Source of the DNA: a virus
Taxonomy: Duplodnaviria > Heunggongvirae > Uroviricota > Caudoviricetes
Length of the DNA: 64,000 bases
IMG/VR virus record: IMGVR_UViG_3300037455_000372
Location: 11,710-75,709 of that record
Direction: 5' to 3' (one strand)
Below the pieces are notes generated by a model. It did no database searches. It was not told the DNA's origin and worked only from the letters and a program-made list of their open reading frames with translations. This document shows positions 21,001-29,724 of this stretch, piece by piece. A program made the position numbers and the translations under genes. How positions within the stretch are numbered: the first letter of the stretch is position 1; each line of letters opens with the position of its first letter.

Positions 21001-21155
21001 ATATAGGCCGCTCTCGTCCACGAGGACAGCTTGCGGTTCTCCGCCACCTCTTTATAAATACTTTCGATAAACGCTGCGTTCGGAAGGGACTGCAGCACCT
21101 TCTTGGTGTATCTGTATGCGTCGCCTTCGCTACCATTAGTCTCTACATTAGCCAT
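18024..21155 (-). CDS. large hypothetical protein (1043 aa)
   Basis: single uninterrupted ORF; promoter motif 21161-21171 immediately upstream; no polymerase, ATPase or terminase motif recognised by eye. Confidence 0.6.
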   Translation of the reverse strand: MANVETNGSEGDAYRYTKKVLQSLPNAAFIESIYKEVAENRKLSSWTRAAYMDLRSTFFRDGQCKIRFAPGAARIAFGELDLGTGDEELTKISSFRDMLRIISIAHCKDYNRHLVSTQGEQLTYEKMLAIYGTKATANWSAMKRKLKRMKYGPRKYKIIELDSFETANQYAEYTKPHTWCHLQYPDTFRHYQMVKSSSLDKDSDGAATNRIRLYLAVLPGFENITVDDELYGESMLGIDIGPGGRLIHVNNRWNHAHDNIDERKGDNKYSEIELSMLLGGPFFEVCPPYTPKDERKILKDMVKDIVANNESLLKRRLKIAKLADKEFGKVGLRTKKFVDKRDQSTYHLRKFGKSLWTTEPLKYVPEGYEVVKLPANVLDMLPKEEFDVPVKIISIVHTADGAKMVWKRCDDPALECYRNEAVRYDILRQRDEFIKHFEVSHTKAMMLPYSYNRMIVRNKVLDFAETAFHSPKDIKSNYSLDALKLVYNVYVPLVEVNGKVISLHPGYNFVVEKMANGVPFPDPPEDGDMANCGKTEILGVDEVSDGLDIDRESSTNTGYYNIVINSFTRGQQATEYWRRMIVRERFVNDAIFGTVSTEMALANFTADDISNVLAKLGKFIQRTSNKLINSNESNSWVIEDNHRSYIDNDDEERPVAINETYNLNINDTVIQDLTATHGADVRDVFYTAMLSAGETEFRRAKQIGQFLYRGYTENSRNMKPEFGLLYLDINALSDIISNDLDLPYNMQSGFISAVDICNSVPVGVPGISGYVYVPSFESSKTPVTEEEATLFNLGCGDELEEGKHRPIIQFDNGVMFYPRDAMPLLETDELRMPRVEDLFSYMAANGYVVNDNLEDLKKKTLMTNEECGTLRAFAERYRNHLTERVTTADDEAPVEKPKKKRVGGAVKIPVKLSPNYGVPSIVKSIHKDEKYGELFVLGSCMGFDKYDKLMDHTVDFGMAGLISRLGFKKTECFSTTESVQLKMNVGNVKDGDDENGQSDRLLLSTQASFYSDRDYFINLDTGKVSYMIPFMVKNEDKKAVGNS

Positions 21156-21160
21156 ACCCT

Positions 21161-21171
21161 AAATATAGCAA
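21161..21171 (-). promoter_or_regulatory. TTGCTATATTT promoter-like motif (minus orientation) upstream of 1043-aa gene
   Basis: motif copy 6 nt before ATG 21155. Confidence 0.5.
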
Positions 21172-21247
21172 ATGTAGGCGAATTTGTCAAAACAAAAATG
21201 CCGAGGAATCGGCACATCGAACTCGACCGAGACCGCGATCACCGGCC

Positions 21248-21547
21248 TCAAGCCGTATGAAGACACGCGTTAGTCCGTGGTTCGCGCCACATTGCCAGAG
21301 CAATCGCCGTTAGAGCAGCTTCCCAACCAGGGCCGTAATCCCATTGCTGAAACCACAGCCGCATTCCAATCGGTACACCGCAAGGCGAAGCCAGACGCTC
21401 ACCACTGTGGTACCAGTCGTCAAAGGAGATTTCCCTACAGCCGCTTGCAATCAGCTTACGAGTCACCGCCAGCCCGATATGCCGATTTCTCGGCACTGTC
21501 TTAAATATAGCATCAATGATGCCGGTTGTCAAGTTCTCCGTCGCCAC
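21248..21547 (-). CDS. hypothetical protein (99 aa)
   Basis: minus ORF between operons; weak. Confidence 0.35.
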   Translation of the reverse strand: MATENLTTGIIDAIFKTVPRNRHIGLAVTRKLIASGCREISFDDWYHSGERLASPCGVPIGMRLWFQQWDYGPGWEAALTAIALAMWREPRTNACLHTA

Positions 21548-22043
21548 TTTCGTAATTTTCTGCGGGAATTGGGTCGCTGTAACACCACCAATAACGCTCC
21601 TTCACGCGTTCCGGATTGTTGGCCGGGTCGAACATCCGGGCTACCAGCTTCTTAATCGCGGTCGGTGTCGTCCACAGAAACCGCCTCTTACACTCGGACA
21701 GTTTCTTGATTTCCACTCGCGTCACCATTCCAGAAAGATATTCTCGCCACTGTATAAAGTTAGGCATCGGGTCGCCGTATTGTTTACCGGCCAAACCGAA
21801 GTACACTTCTCTGAACGCCGATGTCCGGTCCATCATCGCCGTAAAAGAAAACTTGTCGTTAAACCACACGTCGTAGAACAGTTCGATATGGTCTGGATAG
21901 GCCAATATGAAGTACGTCCTTCCCGGAACAAGCCCAAGAGAGAATGATCTGGTTTGCCTATACCGGCCGAAATACTTGACGATGTATCGTAAAGTATAGG
22001 CGAAGGTCATCCAGTATACTATAGATGCTATCCGAGCTAACAT
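21513..22043 (-). CDS. membrane-anchored protein, paralog family 1 (member C)
   Basis: N-terminal TM helix; block TYFILAYPDHIELFYDVWF. Confidence 0.5.
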   Translation of the reverse strand: MLARIASIVYWMTFAYTLRYIVKYFGRYRQTRSFSLGLVPGRTYFILAYPDHIELFYDVWFNDKFSFTAMMDRTSAFREVYFGLAGKQYGDPMPNFIQWREYLSGMVTRVEIKKLSECKRRFLWTTPTAIKKLVARMFDPANNPERVKERYWWCYSDPIPAENYESGDGELDNRHH

Positions 22044-22465
22044 TAAATATTCTCCAACACATCGTGGTATAATTCTCTAATCAGCTTCTTGCTGAAGTCT
22101 TCTAGCGGCAATTCTTCGAACAGTACGAAATTACAGTTGCTACTAAACCAACTGAAATACTGGCTGACCATCACGTCGGAGTTGTCGAGAACCCTCCCAC
22201 TCTTGTAAAAGAAGATTCGATAACGTATCTCTTTCACAAGCTCAAGCAACGGTTTCGCTCCACGGTCGCCTTGACCAGAAAAGTCCGTTACAAAATAATA
22301 TCTGCCGCATTCGTCTCTAAAAATCAGATAGTACCAGCCGTTTCGGCCACCGATGCTAGGGACGGCTTTCCCCGCACGCACCAAGCTTATCAGCGTCTTT
22401 GCCACGGTGAACAGAAGGCACCCTAAATATATGAACAGACCAAGCTTCCTCATTTGGCCACCCAT
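22043..22465 (-). CDS. membrane-anchored protein, paralog family 1 (member D)
   Basis: N-terminal TM helix; block YYLIFRDECGRYYFVTDFSG. Confidence 0.55.
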   Translation of the reverse strand: MGGQMRKLGLFIYLGCLLFTVAKTLISLVRAGKAVPSIGGRNGWYYLIFRDECGRYYFVTDFSGQGDRGAKPLLELVKEIRYRIFFYKSGRVLDNSDVMVSQYFSWFSSNCNFVLFEELPLEDFSKKLIRELYHDVLENI

Positions 22466-22887
22466 AAACCTTCTTTACGGTGCTTCAAGAACGATTGTAC
22501 CGCAGTCCGAATTTCGTTGTTAGTATCGCCAGAAAACGGCAGCGTATCAAGCGTACACGGTTCATAGTAACCAAAATTCAGAAACAAATACCATACGACA
22601 CGGCAATAATCAATCCGATACAAGTTCAAGTCGGGAAGGCTGAAAATGTACGTCATCTTGCTCGTAAGATAATCGACCAGATCGGCCATCTCGTGTGAAT
22701 AGCACTCAAAAACGCAAGCGTCCTTGACGACGTAATGCTTGCCTTTGTACTGAATACCGAGACACGTCTGCTTTATCCCATACATATTGAACGGATGGAA
22801 CTTCGCATAGCGGAAACGCTTGTAGGCGTGACGCACCGCGAGTACCAAGACGAACGCGTATATGATGGATAGTAAATGCCTCTTCAT
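22450..22887 (-). CDS. membrane-anchored protein, paralog family 1 (member E)
   Basis: N-terminal TM helix; block HYVVKDACVFECY. Confidence 0.5.
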   Translation of the reverse strand: MKRHLLSIIYAFVLVLAVRHAYKRFRYAKFHPFNMYGIKQTCLGIQYKGKHYVVKDACVFECYSHEMADLVDYLTSKMTYIFSLPDLNLYRIDYCRVVWYLFLNFGYYEPCTLDTLPFSGDTNNEIRTAVQSFLKHRKEGLWVAK

Positions 22888-23336
22888 ACTATTACCGCAG
22901 GGTGCTTTATAATCAAGTCGAAATGCTTACGGACATTCTTCTTGAACAAGTCTCCGCATCTCTTGTCTTCAAGCGGAATGTCCTTCAGTTTTCCATACTC
23001 GTACTTGGCACCGCGTTCTTTTTTGCGTTTCGGATTGTATATGGAAATGAGCGAAGAAATGTACGGTCCGTGGTCGTGGTTTACGTTATAGACAAACTCC
23101 GTATTCGCCACCCTACTTGCAAACAGACGCATCTTGTACAGATAAATCTTGTCGGCGGCGCAGTCGGTGACGAAGTAGAATCGGTCCGGTCGGTATTTCA
23201 CAACCAGAATAATGCAAGTCGGCTCTCGCATAAGCTGCGTGAAGAATCCAGCGGCTACACTACGGAATACTCGTCTCAGCATCAAGACGAAAGTCGAACA
23301 GTACAACGCAAGTGCTACCCATCTCCGCATAAACAA
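22884..23336 (-). CDS. membrane-anchored protein, paralog family 1 (member F)
   Basis: N-terminal TM helix; block RFYFVTDCAADKIY. Confidence 0.55.
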   Translation of the reverse strand: MFMRRWVALALYCSTFVLMLRRVFRSVAAGFFTQLMREPTCIILVVKYRPDRFYFVTDCAADKIYLYKMRLFASRVANTEFVYNVNHDHGPYISSLISIYNPKRKKERGAKYEYGKLKDIPLEDKRCGDLFKKNVRKHFDLIIKHPAVIV

Positions 23337-23383
23337 AAGGTGAGCCGAGCGACCGGCTCACCACCCCAATCCTAGAATGACTA

Positions 23384-23851
23384 CTAGCCTTCCTTCTTCA
23401 CGACGGCAAGGTGTTCCCACGAGATTTCCACTTCGCACTCGACGAGCTTCTTGAGAGCTTCGATGTGGTCGCGAGCCTCTTGGGTCAAGTTCGGGTCGAG
23501 AACGGACGGCAAGTCGAGCTGCTTCTCGGTGAGATGGAAGCCTTCGCTGATCAAGCGGTCGTTCACGGCTTGCTGGTCGGCATAGAGACTGTCGACAAGC
23601 GACTGTTCGAGTTCTTGCTTGGAGAACTGTGCCTTGGCCTCTTCCGGCATCGGAGTACCGTACTGGAGGAGCCACTGCACTTCAGCCGGGTGGCCGAGAC
23701 CGTACTTGGTGAGCTTCTTGATGACCATCGTACCCTGCATCATATTAGCACGCTGCTTGAGGGATTCCACGATGTCGTTGAAACGACGGTCCACGCTGGA
23801 TTCGCCGCGAGCCTTGTCGGTCTGCTTGGCGATTTCTTCTGCTAACAACAT
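23384..23851 (-). CDS. hypothetical protein (155 aa)
   Basis: minus ORF. Confidence 0.5.
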   Translation of the reverse strand: MLLAEEIAKQTDKARGESSVDRRFNDIVESLKQRANMMQGTMVIKKLTKYGLGHPAEVQWLLQYGTPMPEEAKAQFSKQELEQSLVDSLYADQQAVNDRLISEGFHLTEKQLDLPSVLDPNLTQEARDHIEALKKLVECEVEISWEHLAVVKKEG

Positions 23852-23866
23852 ATGTTATTCCTTTGA

Positions 23867-24841
23867 TTACTTGTTATGAATGATTTGGATCTTGATTCCC
23901 CAAGGGTTAACCACGCCCATAGAAGGAGACGCCACATTGGGACGAACAGTGTCAAGAATCTTGTTCAGAGCGACAGTGTAGCCATCCACATCGCCGGTGA
24001 TGCTCTGCATATTCGGGTTGAGTTCGCGGATGCGGCGGTCGATTTCCTTCGCCTCCTCGAATGTCTGGTTGCGTCCGCTAGGATTGTACTCCTTGGTTCG
24101 CTCGATGAAGAAGTCCAAACGGTTGCTGAACTTCGCACCTTCCTCCTTGCAAAGCTGCTTCAACGTCGGCTCCTCGGTATAGAAGGCGGCCATCTCGATA
24201 GGCGAGTCCGTGATAATCACGTCCACCTTTCCGACCAGTCGATTCATACGGCGAACTTGCTGTCCGGTAATGTACAACTGGTTGCGAGACATAAATTCCT
24301 TGTCGCCTTCCCAAGCGAGTTCCTTGGCGAACTCGGTCACGAGTTCCACATTCACCTTGAACAGCTTCAAGAACGCAAAGAGGAACGCGGCACCAGTAGA
24401 CTTGCCAGCACCCGGACCGGCGAAAAGGTTCACGACGAGCGGGGCCGTCTTGCTTTCCGGACTAGGCTGGTTGATGTAGAACTGGTCGGCGACCTTCTTC
24501 GGGACGATGCTGACCGTGCCGTCGTTCTCCAAGACCGGCTTCATTTCCTGAATGAACTCGGTATGAGCAAAGTTAGGTACCGTCGTGAGAGAACCGTCTT
24601 CCTTCAATACCAGCTTTTCTCCGCCGAGTTCGCCCATCACTTGGTCGCCAAGGTGAGGTTCGATCTTGTCCAAAGAAACCGGATGGCAAATCCGACCGCC
24701 GAGCTGCTTCGACGCGTCGAGACATACCTTGGTAGCGTTAATCATATCATAGTTGATGGTCTTGACGACGTTCTGGATGTTCGTCATCTCGTCCATACCT
24801 TTAAGAATTTCTGGGGTCATCTGTTCTTCGTTGTTATCCAT
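23867..24841 (-). CDS. P-loop NTPase / kinase-like protein
   Basis: Walker A GPGAGKST mid-protein, hydrophobic strand + D (VIITDSP) as Walker B; start set to MDNNEEQ (GGAG RBS) because promoter motif 24867-24877 covers the longer ORF start. Confidence 0.55.
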   Translation of the reverse strand: MDNNEEQMTPEILKGMDEMTNIQNVVKTINYDMINATKVCLDASKQLGGRICHPVSLDKIEPHLGDQVMGELGGEKLVLKEDGSLTTVPNFAHTEFIQEMKPVLENDGTVSIVPKKVADQFYINQPSPESKTAPLVVNLFAGPGAGKSTGAAFLFAFLKLFKVNVELVTEFAKELAWEGDKEFMSRNQLYITGQQVRRMNRLVGKVDVIITDSPIEMAAFYTEEPTLKQLCKEEGAKFSNRLDFFIERTKEYNPSGRNQTFEEAKEIDRRIRELNPNMQSITGDVDGYTVALNKILDTVRPNVASPSMGVVNPWGIKIQIIHNK

Positions 24842-24883
24842 TTCATACACTCCATCGATACAGAGGAAATATAGCAAACTCCC

Positions 24884-25702
24884 CTAACTTTCGCAACGCC
24901 GTTTCCTAGAGGACTTCTTGGCCGCCTTCCGGGCTTCTCGCTCCTTGGCAAGCTCCTCCTTGATACGGCGGACTTCCTCCTTCTTGGCCTTCTTTTTCTT
25001 CTTGACGCTCTCGTACTCCATACCCAGCTTCATCATAGGAGATTCAGCCAGCGATATGGCTCCCAGCGTCTTGGTTGTGGTCAACAAGGCGAACTTTGAC
25101 GGGTCAAGCTTCTCCACGCCGAACTTTTCCAGAACCATCAGCTCGCGAAGTATTTCGCACATCCAGAATGCGTCACAAAGGTCGTTGTGAGGCGACTCGA
25201 ACTGTTTAAGCTTCTCGAAGATTTCGGTCGGGTAAAGGCTAGGGTATTCCGACTTGAACGACACGCACATCGAAATCTTGTCGGCATCCCCGTCACCTGT
25301 GGCGAACCGCTTGATCTGGCCGATACCGAAGTTGATGATTCCCAGACCCTTCGTATAGGCAAGATAACGGATTCCCCCACAGAACTCCGCTATCTGCAAG
25401 ATGCTGCCGCTTCCGGTGTGAGCCTTGGAAGTAGCGTAGTCTTCCATACCCAAGAACTTAACCCCGTCCAGACGCTTCGATATGATGTCGTAGGTCAGCC
25501 GCTGGCGTTCGGGCATACAGAGAGCCGAATACTTGTCCGGAGCGCACAAGTACACGATATGGACATTTCCCTCGTCCACGGCATACATCTTGGTCGTAGT
25601 ATAACCGTAGAACTGGATGTCCTTCACTTCAAGGTCGTCGTCCAAGTCCATAACGACAATGCCGCTGGACTTGATCGACGGGTCGATACCAGCTATCTTC
25701 AT
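24884..25702 (-). CDS. RuvC-like Holliday-junction resolvase with Lys-rich C-terminal tail
   Basis: N-term MKIAGIDPSIKSSGIVV matches the RuvC (M)xIxGIDPG..xGxxV opening; C-term KKKKKAKKEEVRRIKEELAKEREARKAAKK. Confidence 0.6.
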   Translation of the reverse strand: MKIAGIDPSIKSSGIVVMDLDDDLEVKDIQFYGYTTTKMYAVDEGNVHIVYLCAPDKYSALCMPERQRLTYDIISKRLDGVKFLGMEDYATSKAHTGSGSILQIAEFCGGIRYLAYTKGLGIINFGIGQIKRFATGDGDADKISMCVSFKSEYPSLYPTEIFEKLKQFESPHNDLCDAFWMCEILRELMVLEKFGVEKLDPSKFALLTTTKTLGAISLAESPMMKLGMEYESVKKKKKAKKEEVRRIKEELAKEREARKAAKKSSRKRRCES

Positions 25703-26847
25703 TCAGCCACCTTGACCGTGTCGGTATACACGTTCTCGTCCCAATACTGCATAGCGTTCTTGAACCAGAGAACCTGTTCTTCGGACAGCGGAGTGTAGCG
25801 GTGGTAATCGGTAGCCAAGTCGAAACCGTTGCGCTTAGCAAAGGAACGACCGTGGATGTGGCCGTACAGATAGGTCACGCCGTCTCGTGACGGAGCCGGG
25901 AAATCGACCGGTTCGTGGATGATGGCAAACTTGAATGTCTCACCCTTCGCATTTGTCAGCTCCACCTCGCACAGACCGCCCGGAACCGGCTGGACGGTCT
26001 GGGTATGGTCGAACAGTTCGATGGAACGCTTACCCTCGTTCACTTGGTTAAACGCATCCACGATAGTCTTAATCTGGTCGAACGCCTTGCGGTCGTAGTT
26101 TCCGAGCGTCCAATACAGCTTCTTGAAGTTGAGGTTGGATAGTAAGTCGATGACGTACTGCTGGTTAGAGACTTCGCCGAAGTCGCCAGCGTGGTACACA
26201 ACGTCGTCGGGGCGGACAACCTTGTTCCAGTTGGACATCATCGTCAGATCCATTTCAACCAAGTCTGCGAACGGACGGCAAGAGAGTTCCAAGGTGCGCT
26301 GCTGGCCGAAATGCGTGTCGGAGGTGAACCACTTACGCTCCGGAGACTTCTGGAGGTCATTGACCACGTCAGACAGCATCTTCTTCAAGTCGTTGTACCA
26401 GCTTTTCTTCTGCTCCGTAAACTTGAGCGTGAGGTACTTCATCTTGGTAGCGTCTTCGGGGAATCCGAAGTACACGCCCGGCTTCTTGTACCATTCGCCG
26501 AACTCGATATTCGTCGTGAAGGCTGGCCATTTCTCGCATCGAGGGACCCAGAATACGAGAGCGGAACAGATGTGCATCATCGAGCGTTCCCACTCGGTCT
26601 GCGCCCACAGGCTGTCCGGCTGGTGACGTTCCATATCGCTGTACTTGTCGTTGGTCGGCGTAATGACGGTTCCACGGAAACCCAGCTCTTCGAGGATGTC
26701 GAACGCCGTGTATCGCCAGTCATCATCGTAGTCGAATCGAGGACACGGTCCGGCGAGGAAAATGGAGTTCCGAAGGTTGGTGGGCGGGTTGAGTGTCTTG
26801 GTTTCCTCGTTGAAGGGAACCAGAACGCGGAAAGAATAGTTCTTCAT
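25699..26847 (-). CDS. fusion protein: nucleoside 2-deoxyribosyltransferase-like N-domain + calcineurin-like metallophosphoesterase C-domain
   Basis: N-term SIFLAGPCPR...DDWRYTAFDILEELGF; C-term phosphoesterase motifs SDTHFG, HAGDFGE, LGNYD, YGHIHG in canonical order. Confidence 0.6.
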   Translation of the reverse strand: MKNYSFRVLVPFNEETKTLNPPTNLRNSIFLAGPCPRFDYDDDWRYTAFDILEELGFRGTVITPTNDKYSDMERHQPDSLWAQTEWERSMMHICSALVFWVPRCEKWPAFTTNIEFGEWYKKPGVYFGFPEDATKMKYLTLKFTEQKKSWYNDLKKMLSDVVNDLQKSPERKWFTSDTHFGQQRTLELSCRPFADLVEMDLTMMSNWNKVVRPDDVVYHAGDFGEVSNQQYVIDLLSNLNFKKLYWTLGNYDRKAFDQIKTIVDAFNQVNEGKRSIELFDHTQTVQPVPGGLCEVELTNAKGETFKFAIIHEPVDFPAPSRDGVTYLYGHIHGRSFAKRNGFDLATDYHRYTPLSEEQVLWFKNAMQYWDENVYTDTVKVAE

Positions 26848-26856
26848 ACAGTTCTC

Positions 26857-27402
26857 CTAGATGATTTCCAACACGTTGGAAGCCACCGGATAAGCGTTTA
26901 TGCTGCGGTTGGCCAAAGTAATCTCGAACGGAGTCTTGGCCGTGATTGTGAGATACGGATAATGCTGGATGGTAATCGTGATGTCGGGGAACGAGCCTTT
27001 CTTGCTGTACCTCGTCACGACCTCGTCGAAATCCTTCTTCGACGACATCTGGTAACGTGCGTAGTAAACGTCGGCCTTCTTGATGGTGCGGCGTATAGGA
27101 ATGGAGCGAGGATGCGTCTCGTGCTCGGATCGTTTGTACGGTCCGATATACTGGCGGAGTTCACCCCACCACGCATCTATAAGCCCATCGATAAGTTCGT
27201 CGGTCGAGACGTTTTCGGAAAGTCCAGTGTCCTTGTAAATCTTGGCAAGCTTCTGGTCTACTCTTCCCGGCATCGTCTCGACCATTCTTCGTAATCGATT
27301 CGCTGCTGCCACCGCGTCCATCGAAGGACAATTTGCTTTGGTTGAAATCCGTCGCCGCAAGTCAAACAGCGACATCCCGAAAAAGGCAATTTTATCTACC
27401 AT
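26857..27402 (-). CDS. hypothetical protein (181 aa)
   Basis: minus ORF. Confidence 0.5.
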   Translation of the reverse strand: MVDKIAFFGMSLFDLRRRISTKANCPSMDAVAAANRLRRMVETMPGRVDQKLAKIYKDTGLSENVSTDELIDGLIDAWWGELRQYIGPYKRSEHETHPRSIPIRRTIKKADVYYARYQMSSKKDFDEVVTRYSKKGSFPDITITIQHYPYLTITAKTPFEITLANRSINAYPVASNVLEII

Positions 27403-27413
27403 TGCTTCCCTCT

Positions 27414-28250
27414 CTACTTGAACAGTTTCTGATAATTCCCCAATCTGCGCTCGGTCTTAGCGTCTAAGCCGGTAATCGACCCCTTCTTGAAATCGATGAA
27501 CCAGTCAATCATCTTGCGGACAAACACGCGGTCGATGTGGTATTCGTTAAGGAATCCGGTCGTACATTCGTCCAGCTCCTTCTCGAACTCCTTCATACTG
27601 AACCGGTAAAAATTCCTTGTGATTACGTCGTAACTAACGGCGTGTGAAATCATACTTGACATAACAAAGTCAAGATCCATAATATGTCCGCCGACCCATC
27701 CGTGGTCGAACAGCTTGCTATTCTGGTCATAGACAACCGGACGCATCATCTTGCCGTCGTTACCGACGGCAATGCCGTACCAGCTGGCAAACTCGATACT
27801 GCCAGCCGAGGCGTAATAAGTCTTCTGGCCAATAGTGAACGGATGCTGCTCGAAGCATTCACCCCAGCCGTCACTCATTTGTCCGTTAATGTTGCGGATG
27901 CAAATATCAATGAATTTCTTGAAGTCCCTGACATCGTCGTAAGGAATGTCCATCGTCTGGCCATTCGCCAGCTTTATCTCCTTGTGGAGAACCGGGAACT
28001 TCATAAACACGGAAACCCTAACGTAGAGCTTTCCGTCACGCTCGGTCATATTGTAACAGGCCGAGTAAATCTCGTAGCCGAGCGTCGCGATCGATTCGTC
28101 GTCAATGTACTCGGCACCGTCTTCGCAAAAATCTATATAGAGCTGTTTCTCGATGGCTTCAAGAGCCGTGGACACGGAACCGCTGAACGGTTCGATATTG
28201 TCACCAACCCATCGTGAAACGCTGCAAGGTGCATAAAAGTCAATCTTCAT
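27414..28250 (-). CDS. hypothetical protein (start MKIDFYAP)
   Basis: ORF 27414..28268, internal ATG preferred. Confidence 0.5.
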   Translation of the reverse strand: MKIDFYAPCSVSRWVGDNIEPFSGSVSTALEAIEKQLYIDFCEDGAEYIDDESIATLGYEIYSACYNMTERDGKLYVRVSVFMKFPVLHKEIKLANGQTMDIPYDDVRDFKKFIDICIRNINGQMSDGWGECFEQHPFTIGQKTYYASAGSIEFASWYGIAVGNDGKMMRPVVYDQNSKLFDHGWVGGHIMDLDFVMSSMISHAVSYDVITRNFYRFSMKEFEKELDECTTGFLNEYHIDRVFVRKMIDWFIDFKKGSITGLDAKTERRLGNYQKLFK

Positions 28251-28399
28251 TACGCTGGGTCCTCGCAATCCGTTCTCGCTCGATTGACGCTTGCCAGATT
28301 GCCTTCAGGTCGTTGAAGGACAGATTTGGGTCGTCAAGCACAGAAGGGCAAGGCTGCTTTGCAGCCTTACCCTGTGTTTTGAGCCGTTTAAGAACTTTT

Positions 28400-28890
28400 C
28401 TAAGCACGGCAGTCGGCTCCCTGATAGGAAGGAATGCGCGGCTTAGACTGCGGGAGGTCTCCCATTGTAATCTTGTCTGTGTTGCCTACGGTCGCCGTCG
28501 TGTTGGACGCGGCTCCGTTCTGGCAATATGTTGTCTGCCACCAAGGATATGTGTAAGGACGGTCGTAGATGCGCTCCACTTGCGGGACATACACGGTCTT
28601 GTTGTCACGCATACCGTCGATAATCTTCTGAAGCTGTTCGTTGTCGAGCTGAACAACTCCCTTGTTGGATTCAGCTGGAACGGTCGGAACCGTGTCCAGC
28701 TCGCTTCGTGAGCCTTGGCTTGTTGCTGTAAGATTATCATCTTCGACCTTCAATGCGTCGAGCGCGTCGATCTGGCCGTCAATGTAACCGATGACGGATG
28801 CGGGGTTCACATCTGGTACGGAAAGCTTGTCCTTGACCTTCGTCAAGATATCCATAACCTTCTCGATGGAAATTTTGATGTTGTTTGCCA
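28400..28890 (-). CDS. hypothetical protein (start MANNIKIS)
   Basis: AAGGATAACC upstream of ATG 28890; promoter motif 28915-28925. Confidence 0.5.
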
Positions 28891-28945
28891 TATGGTTATC
28901 CTTTGTTGATAACACAAATATAGCAAACTGTCACAAAACTTGCAA

Positions 28946-29593
28946 CTAGAAGCCGTCGTTTTCCTCTTCGGCGGACTTTTCGGCGTCTTCCATCTCGAAC
29001 AAGGCCAGTTCATTGAGGGTCGAACCGATCATTTCGTCAGTAAGCCCGTCGATGCTCAGGTTGATGGTAACCGGAACACTGCACTTGTCGAGACGCACGA
29101 GGAAATCCACGAGACGGGCGCGGTATTCCGGCTTGATGGAATTGAGGTAGACCTTGATGTTGTTGGACTTGCTTTCGGGACCCTTGTCCCAGCCGTACAC
29201 GTTCACGATCTTTTCAATCTGGTCGTGCAAGTCCTTCTGCATCGTCTGGAGGTCTTTCACGCTGGCCTTGCTCTTGGTCTTGGGACACTGTTCGATGAAG
29301 GCGTTGAAGGTCTGTTTGAGGTGGTTGAGTCCGTGTTCCTCGGTGACCGAACCCTTGAACACTTTGACAAATTCGAGCATTCCGGTTTCTTGGTAATGGA
29401 TCGACACTTCAACGACGCGCTTGTCGTAGAGGTCGGCCACCATCTCACCCTTCTCGTTGCGGAAGGGGAAAGCCACCTTCTGACCGTTCTGGCCGAGAAT
29501 GCTGTACTTGATGGTGAAGAGGGGACTGATCCCCATAAGGTAGGCGACGGTAGCGGTGTCAGCCCACTGCTTTTTGCTGAAAAGATTAAACAT
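28946..29593 (-). CDS. hypothetical protein (215 aa, acidic C-terminus)
   Basis: minus ORF, variant motif CTAAATATAACAAA at 29618-29632 upstream. Confidence 0.5.
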   Translation of the reverse strand: MFNLFSKKQWADTATVAYLMGISPLFTIKYSILGQNGQKVAFPFRNEKGEMVADLYDKRVVEVSIHYQETGMLEFVKVFKGSVTEEHGLNHLKQTFNAFIEQCPKTKSKASVKDLQTMQKDLHDQIEKIVNVYGWDKGPESKSNNIKVYLNSIKPEYRARLVDFLVRLDKCSVPVTINLSIDGLTDEMIGSTLNELALFEMEDAEKSAEEENDGF

Positions 29594-29724
29594 AACGGCT
29601 CCTTGTTTTATTGTTCTGTCCTAAATATAACAAATATAAGTCCACTTGTCAATACTTTTTATGAAAATAATTGAAAAAGTCCGGAATTTCTTCCGGACTT
29701 TCGAAATTTCGCGAATTTCGGCAA

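Noticed and set aside
23876-24874. 332-aa plus-strand ORF
   Set aside because: Antisense to the Walker-A-containing minus gene; Arg/Leu/His-rich shadow frame.
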